Shown here: in pieces, positions 31,637-38,678 of the stretch
Layout: every line of letters starts with the position of its first letter
Numbering within the stretch: the stretch's first letter is position 1
Source of the DNA: Verrucomicrobiota bacterium
GTDB lineage: Bacteria > Verrucomicrobiota > Lentisphaeria > Lentisphaerales > Lentisphaeraceae
DNA length: 40,752 nt
Direction: 5' to 3'
Assembly (NCBI GenBank): GCA_039798785.1
Contig: JBDKFG010000042.1
Span: forward strand, 1 to 40,752
Position numbers and translations under genes: made by a program
Notes under the pieces: model-generated
Databases searched by the model: none
Seen by the model: the letters and a program-made list of their open reading frames with translations, nothing else
Told to the model about the DNA's origin: nothing

Positions 31637-32224
31637 ATGACCCTCGCCTACTACCGCCAACACGCCGCCGAGTACGCCGAAGCCACATCCGGCCTCCTCC
31701 CTCACGAGGCGCTGTCCCGCTTCGCCGCTCTCCTGCCGCCCCAGGCCTCCCTCCTCGACGCGGGTTGCGGCTCTGGACGCGACAGCGCCTGGTTCAGGGA
31801 TCGCGGCTTCTCCGTCGACGCCTTCGACCTCTGCCCCGAACTTTGCGAGGAAGCCCGACGCCGCTTCGATATCCCCGCCCGCGTCGCCTCCATCCTCGAT
31901 CTTGCGGCCACCGCAGAATACGACGGCGTCTGGGCCTCCGCCTCGCTCGTCCACTTCGACCGCGACGAAGTCGGCTGCGCTCTCCGCAATCTCGCCCGCG
32001 CCCTCAAGCCCGGCGCCCCCTTCTACTTCTCTCTCAAATCCGGCCAAGGCCAGGGCCTCGACTCTCGCGGACGCTTCTTCCGCTATTGGTCGGACGCCGA
32101 AGTCGAGGCTATTCTCTCCCAAGCCGCGCCGCAGCTCATCCTCGTCGAACGCTGGAGCTCCTCCCCGAGCTTCGATACCCAAGGAGCGGGCTTCCTCAAC
32201 TTCATCGCCAAGGTGCACGTGTGA
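31637..32224 (+). CDS. Class I SAM-dependent methyltransferase
   Basis: TLAYYRQHA, LLDAGCGSGRDS, YDGVWASASLVH, GRFFRYW. Confidence 0.9.
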   Translation: MTLAYYRQHAAEYAEATSGLLPHEALSRFAALLPPQASLLDAGCGSGRDSAWFRDRGFSVDAFDLCPELCEEARRRFDIPARVASILDLAATAEYDGVWASASLVHFDRDEVGCALRNLARALKPGAPFYFSLKSGQGQGLDSRGRFFRYWSDAEVEAILSQAAPQLILVERWSSSPSFDTQGAGFLNFIAKVHV

Positions 32225-32598
32225 AACAGTTTCTGCCGCAACTGAGTATCGCTCTATTCGTCATCTGGGCGATCGGGATGCCGTTGGCCCTCATCTACAT
32301 CGTCTTCGCCACGAGATTGCTTAGTAAGTTGAAGCTCTTGGATCATTCACTTTGGATCAGCTTGGGCTCTCCGACATGGAGTTTGAAACAGCAACCGGCC
32401 GATTTTCGTGAGGCTAGGGCCATGATGAAAGCTCAAATGCGTTATTGCGCTTGGATGCTTATGAAGGAGAAGCATCCTCATCCTGAATTAGCACAAAGAC
32501 AAAGCACCATCCGCTGGCTCTTCTTAGGCGCCGCCTTCCTGGTCTCCACGATGTTCGGATTGGTCATCATCGTTTTTCTTGTTGAAGCTCTCGGATGA
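32221..32598 (+). CDS. Hypothetical two-TM membrane protein
   Basis: GTG overlaps the methyltransferase stop (GTGA); two hydrophobic helices; LWISLGSP; lower GC. Confidence 0.7.
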   Translation: MKQFLPQLSIALFVIWAIGMPLALIYIVFATRLLSKLKLLDHSLWISLGSPTWSLKQQPADFREARAMMKAQMRYCAWMLMKEKHPHPELAQRQSTIRWLFLGAAFLVSTMFGLVIIVFLVEALG

Positions 32599-34070
32599 CC
32601 TCCACCCCGCCCAGCTCCGCCGCACTCCAGCTCCGCCAAGCGGTGCTGAAGGTCAACCGCGCCACGCGCAACGGCGAACGGGCCCCTCATAAACACCTGC
32701 TCATCCTCTGGGCCTTGTCGCGATGGATCAAGGGCGAACACCGGCTCGCTCCCTTTGCGCTTATCGAAGCCGAAGTCGACCGCCTCCTGCGGGAATACGC
32801 ACCCGACCGCAAGACCTCGGCGCGTTACCCCTTCTGGTACCTGCAGAGCGACAAGCTTTGGGAAATCCCCGGCGTCGAACTCATCCCGCTGGACTCCCGC
32901 GGCAAACTCCCCGGAATTCAGACTTTGCGCCAGCCGCACATCCTCGGCGGACTCCCCGCGCCGGTGATCGCGACGCTCAATTTGAACCCCGGCCTCGCCC
33001 ATCTCATCGCCCGCGACATCGTCCGGGCCAACATTGCCGAATCCCTTCAGCAAGAGCTGCTCGAACAGCTTGGTTTCGATGACGACGCGCCCGTGCCCGC
33101 GCTGCCGCCGCTGCCCGAAGAATTCCAGCTCGTCACCCGCCGCAAACGCGACCCGGATTTCCGCCGCCGCGTCGTCGCCGCCTACCTCGGACGCTGCGCC
33201 CTCTGCGGCCACGGACTTGAGCACGAAGGCCACCCGGTCGGCATCGAGGCCGCCCACATCCGCTGGCACAACCAGGAAGGCCCGGACGAACTCGACAACG
33301 GCCTCGCCCTCTGTGTCCTCCACCACAAGCTGCTCGACCGCGGCTTCTGGCGTCTCCACGCTGCGGAATCCGCAACTCTCTGCCTCGTCTCGGACAAGGC
33401 CTCCGGCGACGAAACCAGCCTCAACGCCTGGCTGCTGCAACACCACGCCCAGCCTTTGCGCCGGCCGCAAGAAGCTTTGCGGGGTCCGCACCCCGCCCAC
33501 ATCGACTGGCACGGACGCGAGGTCTTCCGCGGCTCTCCCCGCCAACCGCTTCCCTTCGAGCTGCGTCCGCCGCAAACCCCGCCGGAATCGGGTCTGATCT
33601 ATTCTCCCGCCGCCTCGCGCCGCTACGTCGATTGCGTTCCGCTCCTCGACATCGCCACCGCCGCCGGTCCCTTCCTCGCAGGAACGGGGGAAGGCATCAT
33701 CACCGAGGACACGCCTTGGATCGCCTCTTCCGGCAAGCTGACGCCACACCATTTCGCCATCCGTGTCCGCGGCGACTCCATGTCGCCGAAGATCCCCGAC
33801 GGCTCCATCGCCCTCTGCCAAACCGGCTCAGCCCTCGTCGGCTCCCGAGAGGGAAAAATCGTTCTCATCGAACTCGACGACAGCCCCGCCGACTCCGGTC
33901 GCTTCACTCTCAAGAAATACCACGCAATTAAGCACGTCAGCCCCGAAGGCTGGCAGCACAAACGCATCGAGCTCCAGTCCCTCAACAAGTCCTACCCGCC
34001 CATCTTCCTTGAAGAAGGGCAGGCGGAGGAACTGAGAGTGATTGGGGTGTTTGAGAAAGTGGTGGAGTAA
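32595..34070 (+). CDS. Phosphorothioated-DNA-binding (SBD)-HNH endonuclease fused to an S24/LexA-type peptidase
   Basis: SBD motifs RAPHKHLLIL and RYPFWYLQSD; HNH CALCG..EAAHI..DNGLALCVLHHKLLD; S24 TAAGPF, VRGDSM, TLKK, LQSLN. Confidence 0.85.
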   Translation: MTSTPPSSAALQLRQAVLKVNRATRNGERAPHKHLLILWALSRWIKGEHRLAPFALIEAEVDRLLREYAPDRKTSARYPFWYLQSDKLWEIPGVELIPLDSRGKLPGIQTLRQPHILGGLPAPVIATLNLNPGLAHLIARDIVRANIAESLQQELLEQLGFDDDAPVPALPPLPEEFQLVTRRKRDPDFRRRVVAAYLGRCALCGHGLEHEGHPVGIEAAHIRWHNQEGPDELDNGLALCVLHHKLLDRGFWRLHAAESATLCLVSDKASGDETSLNAWLLQHHAQPLRRPQEALRGPHPAHIDWHGREVFRGSPRQPLPFELRPPQTPPESGLIYSPAASRRYVDCVPLLDIATAAGPFLAGTGEGIITEDTPWIASSGKLTPHHFAIRVRGDSMSPKIPDGSIALCQTGSALVGSREGKIVLIELDDSPADSGRFTLKKYHAIKHVSPEGWQHKRIELQSLNKSYPPIFLEEGQAEELRVIGVFEKVVE

Positions 34071-34116
34071 CGATCACCGGCGGTCTTAGGCCGTCCGGTG
34101 GATTGAAAGGTTGGGC
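34065..34116 (-). mobile_element. Integron attC site of cassette 2 (shortened)
   Basis: Minus strand GCCCAAC-CTTTCAATCCACCGGACGGCCTAAGACCGCCGGTGATC-GTT directly after the stop codon. Confidence 0.65.
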
Positions 34117-34446
34117 TTATAGTGGGCACGCTCTTGCCGTCAAGAGATCATTTATCGTAACGCCGATAGAATCAATATCGCCAAATTCGTCCTGCAGGAT
34201 CGAACAATTTTCGTCTTCGACATCGAAAAGCATTTTATGGCCATCTGTATTTACCGCAAACGCAAACAAGTTTCTTCTTATGTCTTCTTCTGACTGACCA
34301 TCGACGGAGATAAAATACTGGATCTCAATAACAAAAGGAAATTTTCCATCAAACTCGAAGCGCACTGGTTGTACGTCCGTTCGAAGACCGATCAAGCTAG
34401 GAGGTGCTATACGGCCATATAGTTCTTCGAATCTATTCATATTCAT
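34117..34446 (-). CDS. Cassette 2 ORF, possible SMI1/KNR4-like immunity protein
   Basis: GAGG RBS just after GTTGGGC; FAFAVNTDGHKMLFD; low GC. Confidence 0.6.
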   Translation of the reverse strand: MNMNRFEELYGRIAPPSLIGLRTDVQPVRFEFDGKFPFVIEIQYFISVDGQSEEDIRRNLFAFAVNTDGHKMLFDVEDENCSILQDEFGDIDSIGVTINDLLTARACPL

Positions 34447-34464
34447 CGGTGCCTCGATTTTGCA

Positions 34465-34521
34465 GCCCAACGTTTGACTTAAGCGGCGCCATCAGGCGTC
34501 CGCTTGAAGGATGGGGTAGGT
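34465..34521 (-). mobile_element. Integron attC site (57 bp) of cassette 1
   Basis: Minus strand ACCTACC-CCATCCTTCAAGCGGACGCCTGATGGCGCCGCTTAAGTCAAAC-GTTGGGC; central palindrome with extrahelical bases. Confidence 0.85.
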
Positions 34522-34522
34522 T

Positions 34523-34927
34523 TCACGCGATGTCCACCCGTAGAGTGGATTCAGAAGACTCTGGCATTAGCAGGAATTCTCTCCATGCACTGACTGCATT
34601 GCGAAATTCTTTCAAACCAAAGCGGCCTACAGGAGTGCCGATTTCTTCTTCAATCAGGATATCGACTTGCACACTGCTTGGGCGGAAGGTCACGCATGTG
34701 TCGTTGAGGCCGTACTGCTCTTCCGTTGACTTGCCCGATTGAACCAGGTCAATGAGTTTGAGTGCTGCTTCACACTCTGAGGCAGTATGCATCGTCATAG
34801 ATAGCGCTGAGCACAAGTACCGGTCGTAGCGATCATTCTCGCCCCCCGAACACTTTGGAATTCGGTACCAAACGGCGCCTACTTCGGGATGCACCCCTCC
34901 GCTCACGCACTGAAACTCTAGAACCAT
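34523..34927 (-). CDS. Cassette 1 ORF, hypothetical (immunity-protein-like)
   Basis: AGGA RBS after the GTTAGGT core site; C-terminal FGLKEFRNAVSAWREFL; stop abuts attC. Confidence 0.7.
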   Translation of the reverse strand: MVLEFQCVSGGVHPEVGAVWYRIPKCSGGENDRYDRYLCSALSMTMHTASECEAALKLIDLVQSGKSTEEQYGLNDTCVTFRPSSVQVDILIEEEIGTPVGRFGLKEFRNAVSAWREFLLMPESSESTLRVDIA

Positions 34928-34946
34928 GGTGAACTATCCTGGTGAA

Positions 34947-35006
34947 ACCTAACAGGTTGATATCTTTCATTACCCATAATTATATCACTTCTATCCGGCC
35001 TGTCGA
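34947..35006 (-). promoter_or_regulatory. attI-like site with a sigma70 promoter facing the cassettes
   Basis: Minus strand TCGACA-N16-TATAAT with extended -10 TG, AT-rich tract, then the GTTAGGT core site. Confidence 0.6.
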
Positions 35007-35029
35007 CTTTACCACTTCACCCATTGCGT

Positions 35030-35884
35030 CTCGTCGACAAGGACAAGTCGATGGAAGCGATGATGCGCAACGACTCCGACAAAGACTGGATGCTGCCCAT
35101 GCTGGACTTGCGCAACTCCTTGGAATTCCGCACCGAAGCTCTGCGGAACGAAGAGCGTTCGCGGCGCAGCTTCCGGCGGATCAACGGCAGCCTGACGCGT
35201 CACCAGATCATGGAGAAACGTTATCAGGAAAAAGCCAAGAGCGAATTCCTACCCATCGTCGGCAGCGAGGGCGAAGCGCGGCTGAAGATCCTGCAGAACA
35301 AGCAAGAAGTCGGCGAGACCTATCTGGTGCATGGTCCCTACACCCAAGCGGCGCGGGCGGACATCTTGCGCAAGCTCATCGAGACCCAGAAGATCGTGCG
35401 GGAATTGGGTCCGAAAGAAGCCGCCGAGATCGAGCTGATCAGCCTGCCCGAGTTGCAAGAGATTCGGCGTCTGTGGGTCAACGAGAAGCACGAGATCGAA
35501 GATCTGGTGCCGGTGATCTGGCGCGAGGTGATGGGGACCCCATATCCCGGCGAGGCCATCGACGAGGATCTCTTGTACAACAAGGAGACCCTGGATCTTC
35601 TTAAGGCCGAGTGCGACAAGGAGCACGGCGAACTGGTTTACGAGCTGGCCCGCAACCTCCTCGACGTAGAGCGTCAATACCGCACCCATGTCAACCGTCG
35701 CGGCCTCTTTGCCAAGTTGGAAGCGACGGTGAAGACCTGCTTCTACGACGACGAGCTGGATGCCCTTAACTACAAAATCAAAATGGACAGCATCCGCAAG
35801 GCCGGCGACTCGGGAGAGCATCTCGAGGCGGAAGCGCCGAGCCATCTCCCTGACGCTCCCGAGAGCGAGGAGTGCGAGGCATGA
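35030..35884 (+). pseudogene. dndC: DndC C-terminal fragment (5' PAPS-reductase/Fe-S part missing)
   Basis: LVDKDKSMEAMMRNDSDKDWMLPMLDLRN, FRRING, HGPY, ELISLPELQEIRRLW, RRGLF; no SGGKDS or CWVC upstream. Confidence 0.85.
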
Positions 35885-35895
35885 ACGGCTTTTCC

Positions 35896-35922
35896 ACCAC
35901 GGAAAACACGGAATCCACGGAA
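35896..35922. repeat. CACGRAA 9-bp-period triplet repeat; related copies at 37590-37616 and 38565-38595 (inverted)
   Basis: ACCACGGAAAACACGGAATCCACGGAA versus ACCACGAAAGACACGAAGCACACGAAA. Confidence 0.65.
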
Positions 35923-35930
35923 GGAGTTCT

Positions 35931-35987
35931 CCTGGGAGCGCGCCAGTCCCCTGGCGCTTCGTTCTGGGGCCGCCGCAATCCTTGCGG
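35931..35987. repeat. Family B REP plus CTGGGGCCGCCGCAATCCTTGCGG segment, repeated at about 36790-36853
   Basis: CCTGGGAGC-GCGCCAG-TCCC-CTGGCGC; 24-bp identity with 36830-36853. Confidence 0.7.
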
Positions 35988-36038
35988 CGTTATCGGCCGC
36001 AGACAAGGTCGAGTCATAGAGATTTCCACCATTCTTGC

Positions 36039-36150
36039 TTGCAACGAGAAGGAGGAGCAGTACTCTAAGTGCACCCCTCCAGTACCACCTGCTCGCTTAG
36101 GCGAGCACTGGCTGGATGAAGCCAGCGCAACCCGCTGGCTTCCCTTTTTT
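36039..36150 (+). promoter_or_regulatory. Putative promoter, structured leader and terminator upstream of the NYN gene
   Basis: TTGCAA-N16-TACTCT; hairpin TGCTCGC-TTAG-GCGAGCA; hairpin GAAGCCAGCG-N5-CGCTGGCTTC followed by CCTTTTTT. Confidence 0.55.
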
Positions 36151-36163
36151 AATGGAGAATCAG

Positions 36164-36760
36164 ATGCCTCGGACCATCATTTACATCGACGGCTTCAACC
36201 TCTATTACGCAGTCTTCAAAGATCGTCCCCAGCTCAAGTGGTTCAACTTCCAGAGCTACTTCGAGGCGCTCTTCCCAGGCCAAAAAGTCCAGGTCAAGTA
36301 CTTCTCAGCCTTGGTGGCCGATTCCGCGCGCAAGCGACAGCTCGCCTTGATCAACGCAATGAAGGGGCAGGGCATCGAAATCATTTTAGGGGACTTTCAG
36401 CCCAAGGATGTCACGTGCCGGCTTTGCGGCAAGACCGATCCGAGAGTTCCCAAGGAAAAGAAGACCGATGTCAACATCAGCGTCGAGATGATCAGCGATG
36501 CAGGTGGCGGAGTTGTCGATCAAGTTGTGCTCGTGTCAGGCGATTCAGATCAAATCCCGGCCATTGCCTGGGTCCGCAAGCACCATCCGGCCATCAAAAT
36601 CCGAGTGCTCTTTCCCAAAGGTCCACTCTTTATGGAATACCAGAAGATGGGCGTGACATGCGACTTCGTGAACAAGAAACGCATGGAGGAGCATCTGCTG
36701 CCCGAGTCATTCATTGCTGGAGACGGTGCACGGCACCAGCGCCCCACAGAGTGGCGCTGA
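36164..36760 (+). CDS. NYN domain (LabA/DUF88, PIN-like) ribonuclease
   Basis: YIDGFNLYY, EKKTDVNI, LVSGDSD; CRLC insert; GGAG RBS. Confidence 0.9.
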   Translation: MPRTIIYIDGFNLYYAVFKDRPQLKWFNFQSYFEALFPGQKVQVKYFSALVADSARKRQLALINAMKGQGIEIILGDFQPKDVTCRLCGKTDPRVPKEKKTDVNISVEMISDAGGGVVDQVVLVSGDSDQIPAIAWVRKHHPAIKIRVLFPKGPLFMEYQKMGVTCDFVNKKRMEEHLLPESFIAGDGARHQRPTEWR

Positions 36761-36887
36761 GCTCAGCATCGGCTTTTCTCTCGAATGCCTTTGGGAGCCC
36801 TGACCTCCGTACCGGCTTGGCTTCATTCCCTGGGGCCGCCGCAATCCTTGCGGTGTCTTGTTCTGGCGCAATCGAAGGAGCCTTCGG

Positions 36888-37589
36888 ATGAACAACCAAG
36901 CTCAAAAATCTCCCTTGCCCGGCTGGCCAATTCCCGGGGACAAGAACCGGAACTTACTGGCGCAGTTGGATGCCTTGAATCAGTTGCTGCTGCGCGGCGA
37001 GGAGCCGAAACCGTCGGGGCTGAGCGCCTTGCAGGAAGAGCTGTGGCAGGCGGCGCGGGCCGAGCGTCTCGCCGAGGAGGCGCGGCAAGCGACCAAGGCC
37101 CGTTGGGAAGAGGCGATCCGTTCGCGCTTCTTCCCGCAGATGCCGCGGGAATGGGAACGGCCCTTCCCCTGGATCTGGATCGAGGAGATGCTGATTCCGC
37201 AAGCCGAAGAATCGGGGCAGAGCGTCGAAGAGCTGATCGCGAGTCCGGCCTTCATCGAGTCCTTGGACGAGAGATTGCTGAGCCGTTTTCTGAGCGAAAG
37301 CGAGGCTCGCGCCCTGCTCGGCGAGGAGCCGCCGCGTTTCCGTGGCGACACCTTCGACTTCGGCGATTGCAGCCACGAGTTCCGCCATCTTTGCGCCCTG
37401 GCTTTACTGCTCAGGTCCGAGCGCTATTGGCTGGGGCAATTTCTGACCCGCTGCTCCTATGATCTGGCCTACGAGGCCTTGCTGGCGGCGAGCGATCTCT
37501 GTGCCTTCGATCCTACCCGAGCCGAGCTTCGCGGCTGGTTCCGCGGCGCCGCCGACGCGCTGGAATTCGACCGGAGGAACGGGGCATGA
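36888..37589 (+). CDS. Hypothetical protein
   Basis: AAGGAG RBS; 233-aa acidic helical ORF. Confidence 0.65.
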   Translation: MNNQAQKSPLPGWPIPGDKNRNLLAQLDALNQLLLRGEEPKPSGLSALQEELWQAARAERLAEEARQATKARWEEAIRSRFFPQMPREWERPFPWIWIEEMLIPQAEESGQSVEELIASPAFIESLDERLLSRFLSESEARALLGEEPPRFRGDTFDFGDCSHEFRHLCALALLLRSERYWLGQFLTRCSYDLAYEALLAASDLCAFDPTRAELRGWFRGAADALEFDRRNGA

Positions 37590-37652
37590 ACCACGAAAGA
37601 CACGAAGCACACGAAAGGGACGCGAAGGCATTCCTAGCACGGAAGGGGCCGT

Positions 37653-37937
37653 TCAGCTGCGCCAATATCCCGGACGCCGATGCAGATGCATCACCACGAG
37701 GATTTGGATCTCCCGTGGGCGGACGCGATAAATCACAGCGTAAGGGAAGCGCCGCACTTGGCACCGGCGCAGGCTGGCATCCAGCTTCGGCCAAGCCAGG
37801 GGATGGGCAAGGATCTGCTGGAAAGCAGCCTCAAGCTCCAGACCAAATTCCTCACCCAGACCAGGTCGGCAGGATTCGTAATGCTCGATGGCCTGCCAGA
37901 TCTCAGCTTCGGCGCGATCCTCGAGGCGAAACTTCAT
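37653..37937 (-). CDS. RelE/ParE family toxin
   Basis: AEAEIWQAIEHYESCRPGLGEEF, RRFPYAVIY, HLHRRPGYW. Confidence 0.9.
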   Translation of the reverse strand: MKFRLEDRAEAEIWQAIEHYESCRPGLGEEFGLELEAAFQQILAHPLAWPKLDASLRRCQVRRFPYAVIYRVRPREIQILVVMHLHRRPGYWRS

Positions 37938-38158
37938 TTTGCGAAGCGGGCGGCGAACTTCTGACGCCAGTCTTCGAGGCTGATGCTACTGGACTTGCCA
38001 GCATCGAGATCATCGGCGCGTTTGTGTGCCTCCGCAAGCCATGCGGCTTCGATCTCGGCATCAGGGGGATTGAGTCCGCGCAACAAGCTGTCAACCAAGG
38101 CAACGCGGTCCTCCAGGGGAAGGTCCTGGACCTCTTGCATCAACTGCTGTGTCGTCAT
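37934..38158 (-). CDS. Addiction-module antitoxin
   Basis: LPLEDRVALVDSLLRGL, EIEAAWLAEAHKR; overlaps the toxin start. Confidence 0.88.
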   Translation of the reverse strand: MTTQQLMQEVQDLPLEDRVALVDSLLRGLNPPDAEIEAAWLAEAHKRADDLDAGKSSSISLEDWRQKFAARFAK

Positions 38159-38282
38159 GGTGGAATCTCCGTTTGTAGTTCTGCTGCAATATACTTCCAA
38201 GCGAGGACAAAATCCAATAGTCTCCAAGTCGTTCAAATGAGACCAAGATGTCGCATTTGTGAGGTGGCCGCGCCTGTTTTTT

Positions 38283-38538
38283 GCCCCAGCGGGGCAGCAA
38301 GATCTCAGCCTGGGGTGGAGCCGAGGGACGAGGCGCAGCCCCAGGTTGCATGCATAAGGATTCGAGCCCTGAAAGGGCGGCTTGAAAGCTCTGCACGGGA
38401 AAATCATCCGAACTTTGAATCAAGCCCCGCGGCTTCAAGTCGCCCCGCTGGGGCTCGAACTCATTTCTCTTCCTACCCGGGGTTACGCCTCGTACCTCCG
38501 CTCCACCCCGGGCTGAGGTCAGGTCGCCCCTTTGGGGC
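38283..38538. repeat. Family A REPIN-like element, divergent third copy
   Basis: Starts GCCCCAGCGGGGC, ends GCCCCTTTGGGGC; CTCAGCCTGGGGTGGAGC pairs with GCTCCACCCCGGGCTGAG. Confidence 0.8.
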
Positions 38539-38678
38539 TGCAGGAAGAGCAGAGCTTCAGCTGATTCCTTGTGTTCCGTGTCTTTCATAGTGAAATTCGG
38601 TTCCGGCTCTGCCGGGATAGGGACAGGCAAGTCAATTTTTAACTCTTAACTCTTAAATCTTAACTCCCTGAGATCCCC

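Noticed and set aside
35872..38590. ORFs 35872-36891 and 37586-38590
   Set aside because: Read through repeats and overlap the better-supported NYN and TA genes
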